Source: Callorhinchus milii
Lineage: Eukaryota
NCBI RefSeq assembly: GCF_018977255.1
Contig: NW_024704742.1
Span: forward strand, 10,108,001 to 10,172,000
Length of the DNA: 64,000 nucleotides
Reading direction: 5' to 3'
A model generated the notes under the pieces. It did not search any database. It was not told the DNA's origin and saw nothing but the letters and a program-made list of their open reading frames with translations. The translations under genes were made by a program, and so were the position numbers. Shown piece after piece: positions 49,449 to 63,068 of this stretch. Position 1 is the first letter of the stretch, and every line of letters starts with the position of its first letter.

Positions 49449-51491
49449 ACACACACACACACACATAGACACACACACATACACACACACACATACACAC
49501 ACACATACACACACACACATACACACATACACATACACACACACACATACACACATCGCACAAACACACACACATACACACAAACACACACACACATACA
49601 CACATCGCACAAACACGCACACATACACACATCGCACAAACACACACACATACACACATCGCACAAACACTCACACATACACACATCGCACAAACACACA
49701 CATACACACATCGCACAAACACACACACATACACACATCGCACAAACACAGACATACACACATCGCACCAACACACACACATACACACATCGCACAAACA
49801 CACATACACACATCGCACAAACACACACGTACACACATCACACAAACACACACATCGCACAAACACACACATACACACATCGCGCAAACACACACACATA
49901 CACACATCACACAAACATACACACATCGCACAAACACACACACATACACACATAAACACACACACAGACACATGCACAAACACACACACATACACACATC
50001 GCACAAACACACACACACACATCACACAAACACACACACATACACACATCGCACAAACACACATACACACATCGCACAAACACACACGTACACACATCAC
50101 ACAAACACACACATCGCACAAACACACACATACACACATCGCGCAAACACACACACATACACACATCACACAAACACATACACACATCGCACAAACACAC
50201 ACACAAACATCACATAAACACACACATACACACATTGCACAAACACACACACATACACACATCGCACAAACACACACACACACATCACACAAACACACAC
50301 ACATACACACATCGCACAAACACACATACACACATCGCACAAACACACACGTACACACATCACACAAACACACACATCGCACAAACACACACATACACAC
50401 ATCGCGCAAACACACACACATACACACATCACACAAACACATACACACATCGCACAAACACACACACAAACATCACATAAACACACACATACACACATTG
50501 CACAAACACACACACATACACACATCGCACAAACACACACACACACATCACACAAACACACACACATACACACATCGCACAAACACACACACATATACAC
50601 ACACATACACACGTCACACACATACACACTTACACGCAGACCTACACACACATACATACACACATACACATTCACACACATCACACAAACACTCACATGC
50701 ATATACACACCCACATCACACAAACACACATACACACACACATCACACAAACATACACACACACATCACACAAACACACACACACATACACACATCACAC
50801 AAACACACACCAACACCCATACACACATCACATAAACACACACAAATACACATACACATGTGCACATCACACAAACATACACATACACACATATACACAA
50901 ACACACATCACACAAACACACACACCCATACACTCACACATCACACAAACAACCACACACATACTGCAAACACACACTCTCACACACACATCACACAAAC
51001 ACATATACAGACACAAATACACACACATACACATACGCACACACATATACACACACACATACACACATCACACAAACCTACATATGCACACACATACACA
51101 TATTACACAAACACGCACACATACACAAACACACGTCACACATACACATCACACAAACACACATGCGATAACACACACACACATACACACATTACGCAAA
51201 CACTCACACACATAAACACACACATATCACACAAACACACATCACACAAACACATACACACACATATCACACAAACACATACACACACATCACACAAACA
51301 CACTCACATACACATGTCACAGAAACACACACACACTTATACACACAAGCACACACTCACATACACACATACATACATCACACAAGCACACACGCATACA
51401 CACATCACAGAAACACACACACACTTACACACACACATCACACAACCACACACTCACATACACACACATACAGACATCACACAAACACACA
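48822..51491. repeat. 2.7-kb (CA)n-derived compound micro/minisatellite with a 263-bp higher-order duplication
   Basis: (CA)n with CATA interruptions grading into catcgcacaaacacacacatacaca units. Identical ORF translations at 49972 and 50235 (offset 263), with a third partial copy from 50498. Confidence 0.97.
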
Positions 51492-53471
51492 CATTAGTAA
51501 CATTATTCTTAATTTATGATTCTTGAAATACTCAGGTCACTGTTACTCAGGGATCAGTTATGAATCATTCTCTGTGAAAGGGTTAGAATGATTTGGTGCT
51601 GGAATATAATGAATAGACAAGGCACATTCCCAGCCCAGAGCAATGCATTCAGAGAATGAAGACAAACCACACAACGGATGAAGACACATACATGCATCAT
51701 TCAAACCAAACTTTTTTTCTTGAGAAAAAAAAGCCATTTTTAAAAAAATGATTAATGTCACAAGAAGCATGTAAAACATGTAGAGATTGTTTAATCGTTT
51801 AGGAAAAAATAAGGAACCGTTTTAAAATGTTTGTTTCCTTTAATTTGCTCGCTCCCTCCTTTCCTGACTCAGGCTGGAGATGGATTCTGTGAGCAATAGA
51901 TACCATTCTCTGCCTTGTCCACAGAACCATTATTCATGTTTGTGCATCGATGGTGAGTGTCAGCATGGAGGGTGAGGGGAGGGAGAGAGAGAGAATAAGG
52001 TTTGACAGACAAGTGTAATCCTGTCCTCACTTGACTTCCACACACAGGCATTATAATAATATCCTTGTATTTGTTATGGTGCCTTATCTTGTCTTCGAGA
52101 CATCTCAAAGCGCTTCACAGAATATACTCTAAAGTGAATTGACTATATTTTGTGGGATATATTATCATCAGCGGCCTAACATTTCTCATGGTCTCAGCCT
52201 GAAGATCATTGCCTTAAAAATCAAGGTTGTGCAATCCTCTGTGTAATTATTAAATTCAATCCTGAGATGAAGACTCGCAGTTTTCTGCAGTGCGTTTTAA
52301 CATCAGCAGGAAACCAACCTCCAAATTAAGGCTTAAAGGATTTTTGAAGATTCTGCATAATATGACATTATAGGAGTTGGGGTGAAAATTGCGATATTTC
52401 TTGATGAGATAATTTGCCCCAACCTTCCCTCCCTCCCCGACAAAAAAAAGCACTGACTGTGTTTATTAACAGCACATAAATCTATAGCTACAAGGTGGCA
52501 TTCAACAAGCAGCCGATTTGGATATTTGAGAGGTAGCAACTTGCTGTATCCTAGGTGTGGGGGGTGGGGGTGGCAGGGAGACAATTGATAGACTCACTAA
52601 TAACTTAGATCCAATAAGGGCATCACTCCCGACTCTTGGTGCTTGTGATTTAGCCAGGGACATACTGGTCTTCTCCAGGAAACCGTGAGGGAACTGTGTA
52701 TAGGAGGAACTGGCTTGGTTATCACCAGCTCGCGACCTTCTGCTCAGTCTATGTCCCCTGTCAAGGGAAATTCCACACCTACCAATAAGTAGTACCTCCA
52801 AAGATACTGAAATTTCCAAGACGAATCGTGATTTATGCCCCTTAGGTATTGTGTACTTAATATTTCGCCCACAAACTATGCAGCCATTTCACTTGACAGT
52901 AAATTCTGTGAAGCGCATTGAGACATCTCAAAAGTGTGATAAAGAGCTATATCAAATGCAAGGATTACTATATTTTTATATTATATATGTAAGCTGCAAC
53001 ATTCCTCAATGCAATTTCTGTGCAACTTACTTTATCAACATGCATGTAAAGCCACCTAGGTCCAAACAATACTCTCAAAGCACTCAAAATTGCTAAAAGT
53101 CTAATACAATAAAAAAAACCTTGAACAATGCAGTGAGCAGATATTTGTGCAGGAACAGCAATAACTGCAGCCTGTCTGGCCACAGTCCAGTCACCTCAAA
53201 TCCAAGACAATTGCTGTGCGTACTTTGCAACCACAGTAGTGACAGATCTTATTTCAAGCCTGTGAGTCAATGCCTGTGTGATTCATGGATTTGTTCAGCT
53301 CTGTAGTGAGGTGCCAAGTGATCCGGTATTATGTGTGGCATAGACTGACATTTAGCCCAGATCTACCCTGTGGACACATTCCACTCCTTCTGATGAATGT
53401 GGTAGCATTGGTAGTTTCATGCCATGGATGAGAGCTGGAGCTTAATTTGCCCAACACTGTAGCTGAAGGAG

Positions 53472-53950
53472 AATAATAATAATCCTCGCATTTGATATAG
53501 CGCCGTATCACGTCTTTGAGACGTCTCAAAGTGCTTCACAGGATATACTGTAAGGTGAATTGACTGTATATTTGTGGGCGAAACGTGGCAGCCAATTGCG
53601 CACAGTAGTGTCCCACAAACAGTGAAGTGACCAATCTTTTTTTCTTGAGGGATTATTATCAGGCGTGTGGAGTAAGGAAACTTGCCCAAGCTTTCGTCCT
53701 GCCGGGAATCAAACCCAGATCTCTCGCTTGCCAGGCGAGTGCACTAACCACTGAGCTACAGGACTCCATTGAAGGGATTATTACCCCCTGAAAAGCAATC
53801 CGCCAATCAACTAACACTGAGTTCCTACTTACTAAAAGGTAAACAGAGGCGTGTGGAGTAAGAAAACTTGCCCAACGTTTTGCACGAGAATCAAACTCAG
53901 GTCTTTCGCTTGCGAGACGAGTGCTCTAACCACTGAGCTAAAGGGCTCTG
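53472..53950 (-). mobile_element. Internally deleted SINE (53472-53768) abutting a second SINE 5' half (53769-53950)
   Basis: Two heads (ctgagctacaggactcc; ctgagctaaagggctc) in tandem. Confidence 0.85.
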
Positions 53951-54894
53951 GGAAAGGAGAAACATAACAGAAAAAGAGATAAATAGGCAAAAATCTGCAC
54001 TGAACAGGTTGAATATGAGTCTGTCCTGAGGCAATGAATCTCTGGCCGTACCTATCCTTACCTCTAAATTCTTCCCACTTCTTGTTCAGCATACACTGCT
54101 CTCCCACCCCCCAACCCCTCTCCCCTCACACCTGAGTCGCTGTTTTATTGTCATGAAAAAGACTCTCACAAGTACCTTTCAGTTTTTTTTAAAAAAGAAG
54201 ATAAGGGATGTTCGCTGATAACTTCTGCTCTTAAGTTTAGGAGGGAATAGAAGGTTTCCATATATCTAATTTGGTATATTTACAGCCTTGTCCACATATC
54301 AGACACATTTTCAGTTGTGTTTGTGCTTGAATGTACGAACATGAAATATGTTCCTCCGCTGCACACAGTGACAGCTTTAAATAATCAAGACCACATGGGT
54401 TCGATGAAATGCAGGTCTCCTCTGGCTCCCCGGACAATCTGCCTCCACTCCGGCCTCAGCCAAACAACCCCATATGTCACCCCATGGCATTCCAATCCCA
54501 AAACGTTCCTCGTTTATAGTCTCCTACGAGCAGGATTGCCAAATTAGTGCCTATTAGTGCGGAGTTTGGGCTGTAAGATGATGATGCCCATTGGGAACTG
54601 GTTTCACTTAGGAACCTTAGGCCATGGAAAAAAATGCAATTGTTTCCAGTCAGTATATACGCTCCATGAAAGGCTGTAAATCAAAAAGTTTCTGGTGCTC
54701 AGAGAGCAGTCAACCCCGGGGTCACTGACTCATTCCGGTTAGCGGTGCCTGACCCGAAAAACATTTTTTTTTCCAAAACAAAACTATGGATAGAGTGAAT
54801 CATTCTCTTTTTGCTGAGGTGGATTTTTGATCCGAGCTGATTCAAAGGGCTGTTTAATGTGCGCTCTCAGTGAGCTCATCTGTATTAGCCTACT

Positions 54895-55275
54895 CAACAA
54901 CAACAACTTGCATTTATACTGCACCCTTCAGGGTGGGTAGCATCTCGGAGCTCTTAACAATGGTGTAGTTTGACTCTGAGCCGGCGAAAGAGTGGAGGTG
55001 ACCATAAACAAGTCTTCGGGTAAGACATGTAGACAACAAATGGGGTGGCAAGGTGGAGGGATTGAGATAGGAAGTTCCAGAGGCTTGAGGCCTTAGTACC
55101 AGATGCATTCACATTTTCAGGACGGAGGTAGATAAATATTTGTTAGGTCAGGATATTAAGGGATATGGGGCAAGGGCGGGTAACTGGACTTGAGGTACAG
55201 ATCAGCCAGGATCTTCTAAAATGGTGGAACACCCTCAAGGGGCTGAATAGCCGACTCTATGCATCTATGTATCAT
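54895..55275. mobile_element. L2 3' end (-, 54895-55095) and CR1 3' end (+, 55105-55275)
   Basis: (caa)n tail; ggtacagatcagcca..aggggctgaatagcc CR1 terminus. Confidence 0.8.
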
Positions 55276-56384
55276 AGATTACAACAATGCATACCTCTTT
55301 CAAGAGGCATTGGTTGTGTGTCCTCGCAAGCTATTCAACAGCAGGAAGTATCATAGCCAAATGTCCATGCGCTCATATTTTCATGCTGGGAGGGTGGGGA
55401 AGGTCATTTTTGGATAGCAATAAGGAGCAGGAACCCTGGCTGACTTTGCCTTCCCTGAGGCTACTAATTGTAACACACCAAGTGCTGCACCAACTGAGGC
55501 CAGCTGACTCAATCTAGTCCAGGACTGGAACCTGCAGATAAACCTCTGTGTAAAGTCTAGTGTTGCCAGGATCTTACCACACGCAACTTCAGGGGAGAGA
55601 CTAATCTACTCTTAAGAAAGTGGATATAAAATGTTAAAATCAATAGTCATTTTTGTCAATTCCCTGAGTACAGTATATAGACATCATGGCCCATTTTGCT
55701 TGTACTGAATATAAGACAATACAGCAGAATTGCCAAACATTGTGAGTTGTTCAGTGCATTGATTCCCCTATGCAGTCACTCCCCATCTGTAACTGTTCGA
55801 GCCTGACAGGGGCATGGATCTGTGGGTTGCTTTGCTTTGCTTTCAGAACTTATTTCCTTTATTTATTTTGAAAGGCTGTCACGGGACATTAGTGCATATG
55901 GAATGTGGGGTAGACAGAGCTGGTAATCAAGCAGTGGCCTCAGTGTCTAACACACGATACACTTTGTGTCTCAGACCTACCGCTGGTTGTGCTTCACTGA
56001 ACACAGCCACAATAAAATCACTGACTCTGTACAGCGATCACGATTCCCCTCTGCATCGTCTGAAGACAAGGGATAAACAGTTGTAAATGACACTAAAAGA
56101 GATTCTCTAACAGTGAGCAGAATAAAACACAGTCCAACATTACCATCTGTATCTCGTATAGTTCACCTACATAGCTGAGTGAAGTCATGGTAAGCAGTTT
56201 TATTCTCTGATTTGTTTTTATTTTCCCCGTGTGCTATATATTTGACCATCTCCCAAATGGACACTGTAGAAATACAACCTCAGTCCACCCTCCTTTTAAC
56301 ATGGCCCACAGGAGCTGACAATATGTACAGTGTGACGAGATAGGTACTGTGTTGAATTTCCTATAAAAAAAACTAACTCCAACG

Positions 56385-56835
56385 CCTGGATACCAATACG
56401 CACAAAACTCCGTACCCCCATCACAAGAGTCCTTGACAGGCTCCACTGGCTCCCAATTATCAAATGGATCGATTTCAAGATTCTCTCACTCATTTTCAAT
56501 CCCTTCATGCCCTCACACCTCCCTACTTATCCAATCTGCCTAACCCCCACACCACCAGCTGCTGCCTCCACTCAGCCAGCTCCAGCATCCTGTTTGTCCC
56601 TCGTCCCCTCCGCTCCACCATCAGTGGCCATGCTTTTAGCCACTACGCCCCGAAATTCTGGAACTCTCACCCTCAATCCCTCCGTCTTGCTCCCTCCATC
56701 CCCACCTTCAAATCTTGCCTAAAGACCTTCCTTTTTAATCGTGCTTATGGTCACCTCCACCTTCTTTCTCCTGCTGGTTCAGAGTCAGACTCCACCACCG
56801 TCACGCGCTCCGGGACCCAAGTTGTTTTTGTCGTT
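56385..56835 (+). mobile_element. L2 3' fragment
   Basis: AFSHYAPKFWNS..FKSCLKTFLFNRAYGHL. Confidence 0.88.
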
Positions 56836-57827
56836 ATCAGTGGACTGAGCTGTACAGACTAGAAGCTCCCAATGTGTAATGTGTACTGAGTGGGTTGATT
56901 TCAGCCAGGGTGGCAAAAGGGATGCTGGAATTAACCTAGACTTCCCTAGGCTAGCCAGAGAAAAAAACTCAGCCCAGCTACCTGATCGCTATATAGCGCT
57001 GTCCTGGAAATGCTATTGGACGTGAGGTGTCAACAAGGTCTAAATTATGATACTGGCAAACAGATGAACAAATAGGTAACTATGCTTACAAAATACACAG
57101 TCACTACACTTTACAGTAAATCCTGTGAAGCACTTTGAAACATTCCCCCCAATGTGAAAGGCATTGTATCAAATGCAAGGATTATTATTTATTTTCATAG
57201 AGACAACTCAGAGATAGAATCCCTTTGGAGCAGAAATCCTGTGTTACACAATCCCTGGTTACTGGTAGAAGTCAACCTTTCCAAATATCGCATTTTAGAC
57301 ACAATAGGATTGAGATGAACTGTGATACAAGTCCTACCCCCACACCAGTGTGTCCCCATAAATAGGTGATGTCACAGTAGTCGATCATTCATTCCATCGA
57401 ATTGTCTGTCTGAGGTGGATTTTTTGGGGTCAGCCGGGTGTCTGACCCATGCGGAAATCCATCATGATGCTTAAGCGTATCCAAACCAAACTGAGATTTC
57501 CATTCACCCTACCTACACATGGAAATCCCAGAGATAGATTGTTGGAATGGAACAATCTATCTCTGGGTGCTCTCGCTTCCTTGCATTTGCCTTATCACGT
57601 CTTTGAGATGTTTCAAAGCTCTTCACAGAATATACTGTAAAGTGGTTTGACTGTATATTTTGTGGGCAAAAACGCGGCAGCCAGTTGCGGACAGCAGATC
57701 TATTAACCCCACTTTTTCACCATCTCTCTTAACACTCTCAACTATCTACTGATCTAAATTTTAAACATCCAAAATTGATTCTGCCTCGGAAGCCACTTGT
57801 GCAGTGCATTCCACAATTTCACAATCC

Positions 57828-58690
57828 TGAACAACAAGAACAAAATAAAATTAGTAAATCGCCTTTTATGTTGGGAGGACATCCAAAGGCGCTGGACAGT
57901 CAGTGTTTCGGACCCAATCTGGGGTTTGGGATTGAGGAGGGTGGAGGGCAGGGGGTGAAGGAGGGTGATCGAAAGTACGGTCAAAGACAAGGGTTTTGAG
58001 ATGGGTCTTGAAGGAGGCAAGGGAGGGGATAAGGTGGAAGCACTGTGGGATGGAGTTCCAGAGGGTGGGGGCAGAGTGGTAGAAGGCCCGTCCGCCAATG
58101 GTGGGGCAGGTGAAGTGGGGGACATGAAGCAGGCCGGAGCCTGCTGAGCGGAGGGAGCGTGCAGGATGGTCGGGGGTTAGAGATAGAAGTTAGCAAGGAC
58201 ATGGAGGGCTTTGAAGATGAGGACCAAGATCTTGAACCGTATCCTCTGTGTGATGGGAAGCCAGTGGAGTCGGGCGAGGAATGAGGTGATAGGGTCACGG
58301 AGCCTGGTGCGGGAGAGGACACGGGCTGCAGAGTTCTTGATGACCTGCAGCCTCTGGAGGGAGAAATTAGGGAGGTCGATAAGCAAGGAGTTTGCATAGT
58401 CAAACCTGGATGTTATAAATGCGTGTATGAGGGGTGCCCTGCAGTGTGAGACAATGGCGGAACCGGGCGATGTTGTGGAGGTGGGGGATGGCAGAGCGGC
58501 TCATGGCCCAGATGTCAGGTAGAAAGGATAGTTGAGGGTCAAACAAGATGCCAAGATTCTGGACTGGTTTAGTAAGGTGTAGTGTGCATCCATGCATGGT
58601 GATACAGTCAGCGCCTGAGGTGGCGCTGATGGGAACCAATCAGGAGAGCCTTGGTGTTGTTCATGTTCAACTGAAGAAGTGTTTTCTAAT
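57828..58690 (-). mobile_element. L2 3' fragment
   Basis: KPVQNLGILFDPQLSF..LARLHWLPITQRIRFKILVLIFKALH. Confidence 0.9.
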
Positions 58691-58704
58691 CTCACTGAGC
58701 AGTA

Positions 58705-59130
58705 TAATAAATAATAATAATCCTTGCATTTGATATAGTACCTTATCACTTCATCGAGACATTTCAACTTGCTTCACAGGATATATTGTGGTGGAGTGAC
58801 TGTATTTTGTGGGCGAATGCAGCAGCCAATTGCACACAGTAATGTCCCACAAACAGCCATTGAGTGAGTGATCAACTTTGTTTGTAATAAAATAATAAAA
58901 ATCCTAGCATTTGATGCAGCGCCTTATCACGTCTCAAAGCGCTTCACAGAATATACTGTAAAGTGAATTGACTGTATATTTTATGGGCGAAACGTGGGGG
59001 ATTGTCGGCTAGTACACCGAGAGAGAGAGACTCCCTTCTCTTTTTGAATCGTGCCATGGGATCTTTAACATCCACCTGAACAGGCAGATGAACAGACAAT
59101 TGGTTTAACATCTCACTCAAAGCATTCCTG
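58705..59130 (-). mobile_element. SINE tails and a Deu-SINE fragment
   Basis: gtgccatgggatctttaacatccacctgaacaggcagatg Deu motif at ~59050-59090. Confidence 0.75.
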
Positions 59131-60034
59131 GTCAAGTGCAACACAGCCAGCTTGAGTAAAGCTCTTTCTATTCTGTCCCATCAGTGTATTTTAACTCCAA
59201 TCTCCCCTTTACAATTTGTGGTTAGCACATCAGCCAACTCTAACTCTAAGACTTGAAGAATGATGACAGCACCACCCTTCCAATCCTATTTTTATTCTGT
59301 AAATTGACACTTCTGTCTCAGACAACTAGTTCCTTTGATGTGTTAATGTTTCTGATAAAAGTGGAAAAGTGGTGCTCAATGATGCAAGTCAAATCCCCAG
59401 GATGATGAAAAAGAGACAGCATTAGAGTTCAGCCAGAAAGGGATTTCAAGGCTGTATTTTGACAAAGGATAAGGAGCATCATGTAAAATCTCGTTTATCT
59501 CCATCTAAAATACGGAACAGATTATGTACTTCAAATGCATTGCCTTTTGTCTTGGTGTTATAAATCACATAGGACTCGCCAGCCAACTGGGTGACAGCAC
59601 TGGTTGGTCGGAGTGCAAGTCTCACTCATAAACTACATAAGCACTTGAGCCCATGGGATCACTATGCTTTAATTCATGCTCCATTTATTCCAAATAACAG
59701 CTGCTGTCACTTTGCCAATTGCATGATTTATAACACGACTGAATGTAAGGTTCAGGCAGACTTCATCATTCTTTTGAGGTAGGAGATTGCAGAATTTTGC
59801 ATCAGTTGTGACTTTTACAACCAACACACACATGTGCACTTCAAATTGAGTGTCAGCATTCAATGTGCATTTGCTGTCAAGAAAAGTCCTCATGGGAATT
59901 GTAGTTCTCTGCCATTAAAGAGTACTCTCTCTGTTGCATTGTGCTTTCCTAGAAACACAGACACATTTTTTTTACTGAAGAGATTCTTGAGATCAATGAA
60001 CCAATTGGAGAAACAAGCCATTAACACTGATCTT

Positions 60035-60236
60035 ATGAAATACTCTGGAACACTCTCCCTCTATCCTTCTGCCTTGCCCCTTCCTTCCCCATCTTCAGAT
60101 CACCCCCATCTTCGACTGCGCCTGCAGTTACCTCCCTACTTCCCCCCCAACTCGTTGTTGTGCTCCGCCACTGACAAGCAGTAATGGACGGTAACCCTGT
60201 GTGAGGCGCGCTATATAAATGCAAGTTGTGTTGTTG
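60035..60236 (+). mobile_element. Decayed L2 3' end
   Basis: ctctggaacactctccct...gctatataaatgcaagttgtgttgttg. Confidence 0.75.
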
Positions 60237-60870
60237 AAAGATCAGCACTGTTGTGTGCAAATCAGGCAGCTGACACACAGAGCAATACCTGGAATTGGTT
60301 ACCAGTATGCAATACAACAAAACACATGGACACAGATGATAAGGAGAAGGCATATACAAGAGCAAAGTCATTCACATCGTAAACCATCAGAGCAAAGCTC
60401 GGGCAGTATATGAGTCACTTGAACCTTGCAATGAAAGTTGTGAAATCGCTCCCTTGGTATGGTAGCGCTGTGCAACTCACTCACTGTAGCAGATTGGCTT
60501 TCAAATGGGAGGCAACGGGAGAGTTTGCAGTCAGCTCAGCCTCTTGTTGGGAGGTTTGTGAGACTGTCACTGGCGATCCTTGCGCTCAGGCTAATTGATT
60601 GCGGGGCTGATCCACAGCCGGAATGTTATATTAAGTGGCTTGTGATGTAATTTTGCTGGGGCTCAGTTGGAAAATAACCTGCAATCGATTATTACCAAGG
60701 AGACTCTGAGAAATGTGCACTGCTATAAACATTAAAGATGACAAGATCAGGGGGACTAAGCTCTCCGAGATGCCATCTGGCGTGAAGGACTCAAGTGGTT
60801 ATTGTTGTTAACCACTGCCTCTCAGGACAAGAATGACAGTCCTATTGTCTGTCCGGATGTCTGATTCCTG

Positions 60871-61290
60871 AAGTCCTGTAGCTCAGTGGTTAGAGAACTC
60901 GCCTCACAAGTGAGAGACTTGGGTTCCATTCCCAGCAGGGCGAAATGTTGGGCAAGTTTCCTTATTCCACACGCCTCTGTTAACCTAGCAATAAGTAGGA
61001 ACCCGTTTGTTAGTCGATTGGCGGATCGCTATTCCGGGCCTAATAATTCCTTTTAAAAAAATTATGAATTGGTCACTCAATCCAAGACTGTTTGTGGGAC
61101 ACTGCTGTGCGCTTTTTCTTTTTTTTTTTGGCTGCCGTGTTTCGCCCACAAAATGTACAGTCAATTCACTTTACAGTATATTTTGTGAAGCGCTTGGAGA
61201 AAACAACAACAACTTGCATTTATATAGCAGGATACTCCATGCAGGGTAGAGTCTCAGAGATGTCTTGAAGAAATGATAAGATGCTATATC
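60871..61290 (+). mobile_element. Full-length tRNA-SINE with an antisense L2 tail inserted (61201-61256; TSD gaga)
   Basis: agtcctgtagctcagtggttag head through ggattattatt tail. Confidence 0.9.
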
Positions 61291-62099
61291 CAATGCAAGG
61301 ATTATTATTGTCACTCGTGCATGTAGCACATTCAGCCTCTGCACAAACCATGTGCTTTGTAAACATTAGCGTGTGTTCAGAGCCAGGTTAACTAGATTTA
61401 GTACAAAACCCTGGGAAGATTCCATGCCCAAACATTGTGGGCAATGTTATCCCACAAAGAAAATCTTACTTGTGAGCACCGTAGCTCAGTCTCTGAACAA
61501 AAAAAACGCTGTTGCTTTTGCTGGAGAGAGAGAGAGAGAGAGACTGCATTGGATCCTTTCAGTCACATATGTATTGACTTACCTCATAAAACAGGACATC
61601 TGTTTAGCAGTGTCTGGCCCCTTTTCACCCCCATCTTGCTCTCTGAAATGCTTCTGATCCTGTTGCAGGATTCTTTCATTGCATCAAGTCCAGGGTTTAA
61701 AAGTAACACAACAACAGAGACCCATTTTTTTTAAGAGAGCGAGGAGAAAGTACATTAAAATTGCATCACCTTTTTAACAATTCTAATGTAAAGCCAATAA
61801 ACTTGCTCACGTTTCCCAGAGTGTAAATTGCTCTGTGTTTTCCTTTCTGCCACTTTAGTCCACCCAAGGTTGGGTGCTGCAAGACAGGCAGTCTATAAAC
61901 CCAGCTTCAAAGATTTGCATTTTCGTTTCATTGTGTTTCATGGAGCAAGGCAAAAAGTCAGAGTCAGCAATGATGTGGAGTTGCTGGAATACAACTGTGG
62001 AATCCCTCCCTTCCCCAAACAAAGTCACACACATACATTTCCACTGCAAACCTAATGTAAGGTGCATATTAGGGTAAATAGATCGATAGATGGGTGAAC

Positions 62100-62285
62100 A
62101 CAGCAGTTTCGCCCACAAAATATACTATCAACTCACTTTAATACATCGTGTGAAGCGCTTTGAGACGTCTCAACGACGTGATAACAACAACAACAAAATT
62201 ACTTTTTTATAGCGCCTTTCACATTGGGAGGATGTCCCAATATACAGATAAGGTGCGAAATCAAATGCAAGGATTAATTATTCTT
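62100..62285 (+). mobile_element. SINE tail with an antisense L2 tail inserted (TSD gataa)
   Basis: gacgtgataa|caacaac..gtcccaatataca|gataaggtgc. Confidence 0.85.
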
Positions 62286-62800
62286 ATTCTTATCATATGT
62301 ATTACTGCCCCGTCCAATGTATACAGTGTGAAAGAGGCACTTCATACATAACACAGCTCTGCATTTTAATCCCAGGTCTCCGTGACTCACGCTCACCCAC
62401 CATTACATTCAAAATCAAAAGCCAATCTGAAAGTCCATAAAAATCTGCCTTCAAAAGGGTAAGGTAAATGTGAATCAGATAGACATCAAGGGGGAGTGGG
62501 GGAATCTCATTACTTGGTGAGTGACACTATTTGGAAATAATCTGAAGAGCAGAGGTCAAAAAAAAATTATGGAGGGAGGGGAGGGGGTTCAGAATTCAAT
62601 TAGATGCCATGATGGGTGAGGTAAGGTACTCGAGGAATGATGGTCTGAATGAATGACTTTTTCTCAAACCCAAACTTTTATTTTTAAGAACTTTCCCCCA
62701 ATACAGTCACAATGAGGCCAACAACTCAACGCACCAAATGTTTTCTTTATAAGTAAGAAGAATTTCTCATTTCAGTACTACTGTACTGTGCTTCAGTTAG

Positions 62801-62831
<31 letters not shown>

Positions 62832-63068
62832 CACTGTTTATTTGTGCAGTTCACAAGCGAGATCTAGAGTTTAAGATACTGTCAGAGTTAAACAAATGGT
62901 TCAGCAGCAACAAAGCTGCATTGTAGGAAGCAGCTTTTCTGGGGGTCAAACGCACATGGATCTCTGCAGTCAATGCTAACAAAACATTCAAGCCGGCAAT
63001 GCCACACCAGATCTGTGTGCGATGGATTTGACAGCAGCCTCTCTCGCAGATGAAACAATGAAACTTAC

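Noticed and set aside
48708..51526. Long ORFs (up to 561 aa) of CV/HT repeats
   Set aside because: Translations of (CA/TG)n sequence, which lacks stop codons by composition
52502..52819. 105-aa minus-strand ORF in unique sequence
   Set aside because: No convincing acceptor/donor pair and no recognisable protein motif
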